NCBI RefSeq assembly: GCF_004010195.1
Contig: NC_057719.1
Location: 81,258,682-81,284,486 of the forward strand
Length of the DNA stretch: 25,805 nucleotides
Source: Chiloscyllium plagiosum
Taxonomy: Eukaryota
Direction of reading: 5' to 3'
Of the stretch, positions 11,499-21,955 are shown one piece after another; position 1 is the stretch's first letter; each line of letters opens with the position of its first letter. The position numbers and the translations under genes are program-made. The notes under the pieces were generated by a model. It did not search any database and was not told the origin of the DNA. It saw only the letters and a program-made list of their open reading frames with translations.

Positions 11499-12649
11499 AA
11501 CCACCATTAGCCATGTGGCTGGTACAGTTACCATCCCCACAGCGATTAATGACGTCATTTCCACCCCCGTTCCCCCCCCCCATCATGGCCACTTCCACCC
11601 CTCACGATTCCTCATGCACCACACGTGACATCACTTCCGCCCCCACGTCATCGCTGACGTCACACGCCCTGTGACTTCCGCACCCCCTCACCCCCACTGC
11701 CGTGTTCACCACCACTTCCGCCCCCACCAATGCCACTCACCTGCATACTGCTGACACGCCCCTCACAGGTCCCACTGTCACCATCCCTGTTCCTCAGAAC
11801 CCTGAGGGGAACATCACCCCTGCTCATGACTCCACCACCATTCCTCCTACCACCATGCCCACTCCACTTAGAGGCTCCGCACCCACTCCCAGCTCCACAC
11901 CTACACCAGGTCCTAGCTCCCAGCCCTGCCGAGTTTTCACCATCCCCCCAGATCTCCCTCTCACTAAGGACGAAAAATCAGTCCTCAGCAAAGGCCTTAC
12001 CTTTATCCTCCTCCGTCCATGCATCAATGCATTTAATACGCGTCGTGACGTCAAAAACCTCTTCTGCCGCCTCCCCCTCCGAGCTTACTTTTACAATCAG
12101 GACTCCCGCCCACCTTCCAAGGACCCCTTCGCACACTTCCAACACACTCCATCCACCTGGACACCCCGCGCTGGCCTATTACCCACCCTCGATCTCTTCA
12201 TTTCCAACTGCCCCCGAGACATTAACCTCCTCAAGCTGTCTACCTCCCCCCACTCCAACCTCTCACCCTCACAACGCGCAGCCCTCCACTCCCTCTGCTC
12301 CAATTCCAACCTCACCATCAAACCAGCGGATATAGGGGGTGCAGTGGTAGTTTGGCACACTGACCTCTACACCGTTGAAGCCAGAAGCCAACTCGAAGAT
12401 ACATCCTCCTCTCATCCCCCTCGACAATACTCCACCCCCTATCAACAAACCATCTCCCAGACCATACAGAACCTCATCACCTCAGGAGATCTCCCACCCA
12501 TAGCTTCCAACATTGTAGTCCGGGAACCCTGCACTGCCCGATTCTACCTCCTTCCCAAGATCCACAAGCCTGACCACCTCGGCCGACCCATTGTCTCAGC
12601 ATGCTTCTGCCCCACTGAACTCACCTCCACCTACCTCGATACTGTCCTA
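11499..12649 (+). mobile_element. PLE internal fragment: Thr/Pro-rich spacer and N-terminal RT (ORF 11702-12673)
   Basis: LSKGLTF, LTIKPADIGGAVVVW (cf. KPADKG), RFYLLPKIHKP and GRPIVS are diagnostic PLE RT motifs. Truncated before the catalytic DD. Confidence 0.92.
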
Positions 12650-13097
12650 TGGGGGATTTTAGCTATGAAGTAAGGTTGGATAGATTGGGTTTGTTTTCAT
12701 TGGAATGGAAGCGGTTCATGGGCAACCTAATAGAAGTTTGTAAGATTGTGAATGGTATGAATAGAGTGCAAAGAATGAGGGTTTTTCCCAATGGAGAGGT
12801 CAATTACTAGGGGACACAGCTTCATGGTACAAGCGGGAGAAGTTTAAAAGATATGTGCGAGTCAAGTTTCTCACACAAAGGGTGGTGAGTGCCTGGAATA
12901 TGTTGCCAGAGGTGGTGGTGGAAGCTGACTCAATAGCAGCATTCAAAAACCACCTGGATGAATACATGAATAGGAAGGGAAGAGAGAGATATGGATCCTG
13001 TAAGTGAAAACAGTTTTAGTATGGTAAGGCAAAATACGGTGACGCAGGCTTAGAGGGTTGAAAGGTCTGTTCCTGTGTTGTATTGTTCTTTGTTTAT
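12650..13097 (+). mobile_element. CR1 LINE 3' end, part 2
   Basis: agctatgaagtaaggttggatagattgggtttgttttc...actagggg acacagc...cctggaatatgttgccagag, with tail tcctgtgttgtattgttctttg. Confidence 0.9.
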
Positions 13098-13099
13098 TA

Positions 13100-13560
13100 T
13101 CCCACCTACAAGATGCACTGCAATCTATTGTCGCTGTGCGCCAGTGCTGGAGAGAATAAACGTTTAAGGTAGTGGATGTGATAACAGTTAAGCATGCTGC
13201 TTTATTCTGGAGTTATGCTTCTTGACACTTGCTGAAGCTGTGCTTATCCAGGTGAGAGGGACTATTCTATCACACTCCTGATATGTGCATTGACAATGTG
13301 GGCAGGTTTTAGGATACCAGGGGAAAGTAATTTACCGGAGATATCCAAGCCTTGACCTGTTCTTGTAGTCACAGTATTCATATGGTTAGTCCAGTTCAGC
13401 TTAGTTCCAGTAACCCCATTCATATTGGTAGTGGAGGACTCAAATGCCATTGAACATCAAGGGGAGGGAGTTAGATTCTCTCTTGAGGATAGCCACCGCC
13501 CGATACTTATATAAATTTACTTGCCACTTGGCCATAGCTTGCACATTGGATCAGTCCCAC
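13100..13560 (-). mobile_element. Old LINE (CR1/L2 clade), part 2
   Basis: ORF 13262..13450(-): GVTGTKLNWTNHMNTV...AHIRSVIE, a LINE RT thumb-like sequence (cf. W..HI...YKAQVRSVMEY). Confidence 0.65.
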
Positions 13561-13579
13561 TACATATGGACCACACTGC

Positions 13580-14050
13580 TTCAGCAGCGCCTCACGTACT
13601 ATGTTTCAGATTAGGTATTAAGCGAAGGCCTGATCCGTCCCTTCAGGTGGATGCAAAATGTTCCACAATACTATTCCAAAGAGCAGCAAGGAAGTCTTTT
13701 GTCGATGCTGTGCAATGTTAATCCTGCAACCAGTGATTGCAAACAAATAAATAAAACAAAACTGCAGCTGCTGAAAATCTGAAACAAAACAGAAATTACC
13801 AGAGAAACTCTGCAAGTCTGGCAGCAGAGTTAGATGTTTTTAGTCACTGGACTCAAAATGTTAACTGTTTTCTCTCCACAGATGTGACCAGAGTTCTTTT
13901 TCTTGTAATTTCTGTTTTTGTATCACAGATTATCTAGTGATTAAGACATTGCTTTTTGTGGACATGCCTGTGCAAAGATTGTCACGTGTCCTATGCTACA
14001 ACATTTTTTCTGAAGCATCGTCAAAGGCCATGTATTTTGGAGATACATTT
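13580..14050 (+). mobile_element. Deu-domain SINE (SacSINE1/AmnSINE1-related), interrupted at about 13745-13924
   Basis: tttcagattaggtattaagcgaaggcctgatccgtcccttcaggtggatgcaaaatgttccac, resuming cagattatctagtgattaagacattgctttttgtgg, follows the remembered Deu-domain consensus. Confidence 0.7.
13745..13924. mobile_element. Palindromic element built from two inverted PLE-type terminal units
   Basis: Inverted arms aaaacagaaattac / gtaatttctgtttt. The inner ctggcagca and cacagatgtgaccag motifs are shared with PLE termini. Confidence 0.65.
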
Positions 14051-14169
14051 TTATATATCATACATTGTATAAAACATAATAGATGCTACCTCAATTAGCT
14101 AAAGCTTTAGCTACTCACCAAGATTCAGAACATCTCACTTAGAATATAATTGCAACCAAACATCTTAAT

Positions 14170-15300
14170 GAGGACCTGACGATGACTATCTGGCTTTCCT
14201 GTCTTCTCTGCCATTGAATAAGATAACAGCTGAACCACTTGTGCTCCAATTTTGTATGAGCATCTGCAGCCCTCACTTTCTCCTCCAATTTTGTATTCTC
14301 ATCTATTCCCAATAAGCTTTGATTCCCTTGCCTAACAAGCATCCTTTCGGCTGTGACTTCAAGATATTCGATGATCTCTGTCTCCACTGTCATTTGAGGC
14401 AGAATGTTTTGAAGTTGCATAAATTTCTGAGGCAAAAAAAAGTACTCATCTTCGCCCTGAAAGGGTGACACTTAATGTAATTTTAAAACAGATTCCCCGA
14501 ATTCTGGACTTACCCACATGAAGAAACCTCCTTTCCATGTCCATACTGTCAAGACCCATTCAGGATCTTATATATCACTCTGAAAAAATCAGCTTACTGT
14601 TCTAAACTGTCATGAAAACTAGCCCAGCTTGTCCAAACTCTCCTCCAAAGAAATCCACTCATTCCAAATATCAAACTAGTAAATCATCTTTAACCTGCCT
14701 GCAATGCATTTGCATCTTTCCTTAAGACAACCAAAATTGTATTAAAGATGTAACTTCACCAATGCCCTGTATAACTTAAGTGAAGAAATTTGAAGAATAC
14801 TGCAATGCTTCTCAATCAAATTTAGTATACTAATCTTTTGTGACTCATGCACTACAATACCTAGATCTCCAAGAACCTCAGAATTCTGCAGTTATTCACG
14901 TTTAAATAATACTCTCCTACCTATTTGCTCTGCTAAAGTGAATAACTTCATACTTTACCACGTTATATTCCATCAACCAGATTTTACCCCAACCTTAACA
15001 TGACAGGGATGCAGAGAGGCAGGCAATTTTCACAACATATTTTCCTATCTTTGCAATATCTGTACATTTAGCCACCATGTCTTCAATCCCCTCAGCTTGG
15101 TTATTAATACAAATAGTAAAAGTTGAAACACTGAACAACCCTCTCTGGAACCTCTCTCATGTATAAATTGATTTTTGTCACCCAGCCAATTTTCCATCCA
15201 TGCTATTACCCTATCCACTTGTACCCCTATCCTATTTACACAATAACCTTTATAAGTGGAACTTTGTTAAATGCCTTCTGGAAATACAAACACAAAGAGA
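14170..15300 (-). mobile_element. Old CR1 LINE (3' UTR to RT), heavily decayed
   Basis: Inverted CR1 landmarks in order: tgattcccttgcctaacaag, ccctgaaagg, caatgccctgtataact, aagtgaataacttcatacttt, actttgttaaatgccttctggaaat (FQKAF.KV). Confidence 0.7.
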
Positions 15301-15399
15301 CTTACTAACTCATCCCATATCTACTCTTTTGATAGTTTGGGCCTCATTTTAACTGGATTATAATATGTTGATCATTAGATAAAGTATTTCAAAAGGTGA

Positions 15400-15614
15400 A
15401 GGTAGGGAGTCAATTGCCTGAATGGCTGGTTTGCAGTGCAGAGTAACGACAACAGTGTGGGTTCAATTCCTACACCAGCTGTGGTTACCGTGAAATATCC
15501 TCCTTCTCAACCTCTCCCCTTGCCTGAGGTGTGATGACCCTCAGGTTGTTCCTCACCAGACAACTCTCTGTGACAGCAGCCCTATGGTCTGGTATAACAA
15601 AGGCAACTTTACCC
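15400..15614 (+). mobile_element. tRNA-derived SINE, a second family
   Basis: B-box ggttcaattcc at 15460-15470, followed by a body I recall from shark repeats (ccttctcaacctctcccct...gcagccctatggtctgg...actttacc). No tRNA cloverleaf. Confidence 0.6.
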
Positions 15615-15984
15615 TCAAACAAGAACTTGAGATTTCAAAAATCATAAGTAAATCAAATAATTGAAATTAAGTGCATAATTAAACAGTCCTCAAAGCACTA
15701 TAACATAATCACAAATGGCTGCCTTAACATTGGTCGAACATAAAATAGATTTAGATCAAGCAGTTTTATAATGGGATTTGCCACTACCACACAGCGTAGT
15801 CCATTGAATCAATAGGAAGAATTATCCATGTTTGTCTGGATATTAATAAGTGCATAATTAAATACTGACACAGCCCATCACAAGACACAAGTTAAGTAAT
15901 CAAATACAATTCTTTTAACATGTCTAACAAATCAATTTATCCAGACAAAATAACCAACAACAATTTGCATGAATACAATGTCTT

Positions 15985-16740
15985 TGAGTAAAACATCTCA
16001 ATGCTTCACCTGAACAGCCACAATTTGACACCAAGCCACTTGGAGATATTCATGTAGGTGATTGAAGGGTTAAGTTTTAGGAAACATCTTAAAGGGAAAG
16101 AGAGGTATTGTGAGGGAATTCTAGCACCCATGGTCTCAGTAGTTGAAAGCGTGGCTATCAATGGAAGAAGGATTAAGATCGGGAATGTACAAGAGCCCAA
16201 AATTAAAGGAGTTCAGAAATGTCAAAAGGTTGGTCAAACGGAAGGAGGTACACAGCAAGGTGGAGCAAGGCCTTGGAGGAATTTGAAAATATGTCCGAGA
16301 ATTACAATTGCTGTGTGGCTCAACCAGGAACCGATGTAGGTCATTTAACCAAAGGCTGATGGTGAACAGGACATGATGCAAGATACATGAGACACATTGC
16401 AGAAGTTCAGATGATCTCAAATTTATGAAGTGTGGGATTTATGGTACTGTGACCAGGAATTACTTTGGAGTAGTCAAGTCTATAGATAACTAAGGCATGG
16501 ATAAGTGATTCAATAGATAAGCTGAGGTAGGATGGAGTCAGGCAGTGTTATAATATGAGTGATTGCATGGATATATGACCAGAGGCTCAACTATGGGTCA
16601 AATATAACAGCAAAATTGCAAAAGGCCTAGCTATACATCAAACAATTGTCAGAGAGGGGGTGGAGTCAGTGGCTAGCAAATGGAGTTTTATTGGGTTCCA
16701 AAGACATTGGCTTCAGTTTTCCTAATATTCAATTGGAGGT
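15985..16740 (-). mobile_element. Old L2 LINE 3' portion
   Basis: aatttgacaccaagccac...ttttaggaaacatcttaaagg...tggagtagtcaagtct...tggcttcagttttcctaatatt. Its start is homologous to 17560-17700. Confidence 0.65.
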
Positions 16741-17531
16741 GCCTTAGACTACCTAAAAAATCACTTTTTCTCAATGAGGTGCCATACAGTGTAAAATAGC
16801 ATTGACAATTTTAGTGAAGCAAGGTGATTAGATTAAATTACAAACACTTTCAAATGAAATGCTTCAGATTCTCAGGAATTAATCTAAAATAAAGGTAGGG
16901 ATGATGTCGAAACCAGAAGAGATAGGAATGAATTTGTATTTCAGACCAACGGGGAAGGAGGGTCATGGTAAGTCCTTTTAACTTGTAATATATTGAGCAG
17001 GAACACCCAAGTTCACATCTCAAGTCAATATTATTCTAAAAGAACAAAACATACAACTGCTGCAACACAATGGATGAAAACTGGGAGACCAATGTTTTCC
17101 AATTAGGGCACTGAGATCGCAAACAAAATAAAAAATTTGCTTAGATCAATAAACAACAGAAATTCTGGAGCAATTCAAAACAGGAATTCCACTATTGCAT
17201 TCAGACTGCAAAAGGAGTTTATAAACCCTGTGATGGCATTATTTCCTTAACCATTCTCATACATCCGGTGGTTTTTCAATAAATGTACTCCAATGTTGGC
17301 ACTGAAATAGTACTGGTTTTCATGCCATCATTATCTAGTCCTGACTAATCAAATCTGTCTCAGTGCTATAGGTTTAGGTAGAACCTCTCAAATAACAGTA
17401 CCGTAGAAAGTCAACAAGTCATTTCTTGACATCAACCTATGCCCTCAGTGAGCAAGAAATATGTACTCCAGCTAGTAAATTATTGGATCTGATCTGGGCT
17501 GCAATTAGCTGTGTTGTGAATGCTTTCACGA

Positions 17532-17750
17532 GAACAATTTGCATTTTATATATTACTTTTAACATCACAAAACAGTCTAAGGCACTTGACAGAAATGCTA
17601 CAAAACAAAATTTGACACAGCCACATAAGGAAAATTAGGGCAGGTTTTGAAGGAGAACAGGGAGGCGGAGATGCACAAAGGTTTAAGGAATTCCAGAGTT
17701 AAGAGTACAGAAATAAGGGAGGGTGAAATAGTGAAGGATTTGCAAATAAG
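17532..17750 (-). mobile_element. L2 LINE 3' tail
   Basis: acaatttgcattttatat...aaggcacttgacag...aaaatttgacacagccacataagg; paralogous to 15985-16120. Confidence 0.65.
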
Positions 17751-17759
17751 AATACAATA

Positions 17760-18025
17760 CTAACACCCTCCTTCCACCATCCTCTGTATGTCAAGGATTA
17801 CTTTCCACCACTTCCATTGCTTCCAGCATGCTTCACCACCAAACACATCTTCACTGCTGCTCTGGTATTAACATTCCAATGGGTTCGTTCCCAGTGATAC
17901 CCTGGTCCATGCCTCCCTCACTCCTATCATGTGCTGTAATTCCTTTCCCAGGAAATATTACTCTGTAATGCTTACCCTTTTACCTCGCATCTCCACAAAG
18001 GCTCAAAACATTCCTTTCAGGCGAA
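17760..18025 (+). mobile_element. Old PLE, RT-to-EN linker (host element, part 1)
   Basis: accaccaaacacatcttc...gataccctggtccat...ttcctttcaggcgaa is homologous to the minus strand of 25530-25710 and continues at 20537. Confidence 0.65.
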
Positions 18026-19540
18026 CAATGTCAAAAAGGCACACAATATCATGTTATAGTCCAACAGGTTTAATTGAAATCACAAGCTTTTGGAGTGCTG
18101 CTCCTTCATCAGTTAAAGTGAAGAGAAGCACACAGGCACAGAGTTTATAGGCAGAGAGATCAAAAGATCATAGAGTGGAGAGCCAACAGTCTGAATTAAG
18201 TCTCTGCAGTGATCAAGTGTCAGATGGTGTGAGTGAAGTGTCAACAGCTAAATAGCAAGTGGAGGGATGATCTATAATCCAATTAATTGAGGCAGAGAGG
18301 TGATTAAGAAAACTAAAATTAAGGTAGTGCTGGAGACAAATCAAATGGCTGAAATATCATGATAGGTATAAGAATTGCACACCAAGGGTCTAACAAAGTA
18401 ACAAGTAATCCAAAACTTACAAACCAATTAAGGTCGAGAAATCATAAGTTATCAAGGTGATGGTGTCAAAACAGGACAGTAAGGAAGATTTTACAGGTAC
18501 AGAACATGAACTTAAGATCACGGTTGAGGCTGTCTGCATGGGTATGGAGCTTGGCTATCGGTTTCTGCTCAGCGATTCTGCAGTCTTGCCAATATGCCAT
18601 GCCTCGTGGCACCGTTGCCTGCAGCGTAGGAGGTAGACAACATTGGCTGAGTCCTGAGTGTATCTGCCATGTGCATAGTGGGTGGTGTTCCCATGTGTGA
18701 TGGTAATATCCATGTCAATATTCTGACATGTCTTGCAGAGTTTGCTATGGCAGTGTTGTGTGGTGTTGTGGTCAATGTTGGCCTGAAGGCTGGGTAGTTT
18801 GCTGTGAAGGATGGTCTGTTTAAGGCTTGGTGGTTGTTTGAAGGTGAGAAGTGGAGGTGTAGGGATGATCTTGGCGAGAAGTTCGTTGTCATCGATGACA
18901 TGTTGAAGGCTGCGAAGAACGTGCATAGTTTCTCCACTCCAGGGAAGTACTGGACGGCAAAGGGTGCTCTATCAGCCATGCCCTGTGTCTAACTTCTAAG
19001 AAGGTCATTGGAGTTTTTGCTGGGGCACATTGGACTGGCAACCGATGAGTTAAGTATCATTGTCTCTCAGCATCCTCAGGTGTCTGATGCATTCCTCCTC
19101 GTCAGAACAGATCCTGTGTATATGCAGGGCTTGTCCATAAAGGATGGCTTCTTTAACATGTTTGGGGTAGAAGCTAGAGAGTGCAGCATCGTGAGGTTAC
19201 CCATGGACTTGCAGTAGAGCGAGGTACAGAGGTATCCATCCTTGATGGAAATGCGTGTGTCCAAACGGATTCTGAAGAGTAGTCCACGCGAAGTCTGATG
19301 GTGGAATGAAGCTTGTTGATATCATTGTATAGCCGTTTCAGTGATTCCTTGCCACAAGTCCAAAGGAAGAAAATGTCATTGCTGTATCAAATGGATAGTA
19401 GTGGTTGGAGGTCCTGCACAGCAAAGAAGTCATTCTCGAATCTGTGCTTGAAAACGTGTATTAGGGTGCAAATTTGGTCCCCATGGCAGTTCCATGTGTC
19501 TGGCCGAAGACCTGTTTGTTGAAGGTGAAGACGCTGAGGT
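18026..19540 (-). mobile_element. PLE: RT C-terminal half, GIY-YIG, 3' UTR and terminal repeat (left arm)
   Basis: Minus-strand peptides: DTRISIKDGYLCTSLYCK, PLLTFKQPPSLKQ, CKTCQNI, SANVVYLLRCRQRCHEAWHIGKT. The RT DD region at about 19360-19400 reads approx. YSNDIFFLW. Confidence 0.9.
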
Positions 19541-20536
19541 CGAAAATAAAGCAGATGAGTTGTAGGATGGTCAATGTTGCCTATCTCATCCACTGTAGGC
19601 AACACTGTCCCAACGCATGGCACATTGGCAAGACCTTGCAGACACAATGAGAACAGATGAATTGATACTGTGCAACAATTGCCAGACGGGTATGTTTCCT
19701 CCCAGTCAGAGAATACTTCAGCGATCAAGGACATTCAACCTCCGATTTTCAAGTAAACATCCTCCCCGTTGCCCCACGAGATACAGAATGTTGCAGAATC
19801 ATCGAGCAGGAACTGATAGCCAAGTTCCATACCCAGTAAGACAGCCTCAACTGTGACCTTGGGCTCATGTCATGCTACATGCAACCCCACCACACTGTTC
19901 CATATCTGCAAAAATCTTCCTTACTGTCCTGTTTTAATACCATTGATAACTTGTTATGATCTCTCTACCTTAATTAGATTGTACAGTTTTGGATTACTGG
20001 TTACTTTGGTTAGACCCTCAGCACATGACTCTTATACATATCATGTTATTCCAGCTACAGAGGAACGTCAATTATCCGAACAACACGGGTGGAGAGTATT
20101 TTGTTTGGATAATCAAATGCCGGATAACAGTTTAGCAATGCATTGGGACCTTGCAATCTTGTTCGGATCATCCGAAATTCAGATAATCGAATGCCGGATA
20201 ATCGAGGTTTCTCTGTATTTGTTTTGTCTCCAGGACCATCTTATGTTTTTGCAATTTATCCCTTCACTTGCTATTCAGCTGTTGACACTAGTCACATCAT
20301 CTGACATTTTTGATTATCTGTAGAGGCTTATTATTCAGCCTGTCGACACTCCACTCACCATTTATAAGATCTTTTGATATCTGTCAACAAATTCTGTGCT
20401 TGTGTGCTTCTATTCATTTCACCTGATGAAGGAGCAGTGTTTCAAAAGCCTGTGATTTCAAATAAACCTGGACTGTAACCCAGTGTCTTGTGATTTCTGA
20501 CCTGAGCAACCCCAGTCCAACACTGGCACCTCCACA
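19541..20536 (+). mobile_element. PLE: GIY-YIG, 3' UTR and terminal repeat (right arm, inverted relative to left)
   Basis: NVAYLIHCRQHCPNAWHIGKT. The sequence aligns inverted with 18030-18660 and ends ccccagtccaacactggcacctccaca. Confidence 0.88.
20058..20215. mobile_element. Tc1/mariner (Tigger/pogo-like) MITE, 158 bp
   Basis: TIRs cagaggaacgtcaattatccg / cggataatcgaggtttctctg (18/21 match), TA at 20056-57 and 20216-17, and absence from the paralogous left arm. Confidence 0.9.
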
Positions 20537-21165
20537 TCCTTTCAAGTGAATGAGCAGCTCCCACTCATTTCTTTCAATTTAGTCTACTGTACTCACTGCT
20601 CACAATGCAATGCCTCTACATTGGACAGGCCAAACACAGATTGGATAATTGTTTTATGAAACACCTCAATTCAGTCAATAAGTATGACCAAAGCTTCAAA
20701 TGGCCTGCTATTTAAATTACCCACCTTGCTCTCATACTAACTTCTTTATTCTTGGCTTTGTGTACTATTCCAGTGAACATCAACGTAATCTTGAGGAACA
20801 GCATTTCATCTTCCAATTAGGCACGTGCCAGCCTCTGATTCAACGTGTAGCTCACTTTTTTAGATTGTAAACTGAGCTCACCCACTTTGCTTACATTCCT
20901 GTACATGTGTTGGATTTTCTCTTTTCTTGTTTTCAAACAGCAGCATACCTGTGCTATAGACAACTTCTATGTACTTTTATGCTCGACCAATATTCCTTTG
21001 GGCCTGTAAGGTTAACTTCAATCTCATCGAAGTACATAGTTATTTTCCCATCTTTCGCTCAAAGTCTATTAAATCTCCACGTTCTCCCAGTTCTGAAAAA
21101 AGCCATCATCCTGAAATATTAACTGTTACTCTCTTCACCAATGCTGGCTGACCTGCTGAGAATTT
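20537..21165 (+). mobile_element. Old PLE GIY-YIG and 3' end (host element, part 2)
   Basis: FNLVYCTHCSQC..LYIGQAKHRLDNCFMKHL...RNLEEQHFIFQLGTCQP, and a decayed terminal unit ctgaaatattaactgttactctc. Confidence 0.8.
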
Positions 21166-21274
21166 CATGTTCAGGATAAGGTTTCCTGGGAATGTTGGGA
21201 GTGCTTGAGGCATGGACCAGGGTGTCATTGGGGATTATTCCACTGGAATGCTGACATTACAGCAGAAATTTGAT

Positions 21275-21541
21275 TAGATTCCCCAGAGTGTGGAAACTGG
21301 CCATTTAGCCCAATAAGTCCACTGTGACCCTCTGAAGAGCAACCCACTCTGAGCAATTTAGCATGGCCAATTCACCTGACTTGCACATCTTTGGACTGTA
21401 GGAGGAAACCGGAACACCCGGAGGAAGCCCACACAGGCATGGGGAGAACGTGCAAACTCCACACAGACAGTCGCCCAAGGCTGGAATCAAACCCGGGTCC
21501 CTGGTCCTGTGAGGCAGCAGTGCTAACCACTGAGCCACCAT
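21275..21541 (-). mobile_element. tRNA-derived SINE (HE1/V-SINE-like)
   Basis: Minus strand tggtggctcagtggttagcactgctgcctcacaggaccagggacccgggtttgattcc contains A and B boxes. Confidence 0.9.
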
Positions 21542-21756
21542 CAAGGTGTGTTTGGTGGTAGCTTGAGAATTTCCAGCATTTTCTGGTTTAATTTCAGTTT
21601 TTCCGCATACACAATTTAAATTACAGTGTTTGCCAGACTGAGAGCCTGCCAAGATCAACAAATACACTAGTAATGAGTGAACAGGACCTGGTGCAACATG
21701 ATATGAATATTTGCTCAAGGCTGGAATTTAGTAGGCTGATTGGGAGGGATGCAATA

Positions 21757-21955
21757 CGAGTCATTCTGGTGTAACACCGTTTTCATCAATGCAAATAGGC
21801 TATAACACGATCGACTAATTGCAGACAATGCCTGGGTAAGGCAAATTTTCTACTGACCGGGTAAGTGATTTTCTACAGTGGTTTTCCATAGCATGATTTT
21901 CTATTGCTTGAGGTTATAGAGGAACATAACCATCACATTATACTAGAACGCCCTG
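21757..21955. mobile_element. Decayed Tigger-like MITE
   Basis: TA-flanked. Ends cgagtcattctggtgtaa and (reverse complement) cagggcgttctagtataa match 12/18, mostly with transition differences. Confidence 0.55.

Noticed and set aside
11702..12673. 323-aa ORF as a host mucin-like gene or domesticated RT
   Set aside because: It is a truncated PLE RT lacking the catalytic DD, has a GTG start and is embedded in CR1. The overlapping ORFs are shadow frames.
19853..20323. 156-aa ORF
   Set aside because: It spans the PLE 3' UTR and a MITE; a chance open frame.
21480..21541. tRNA gene
   Set aside because: The A/B boxes belong to a SINE head, followed by SINE body rather than an acceptor stem. The same applies at 2438, 10364 and 15460.
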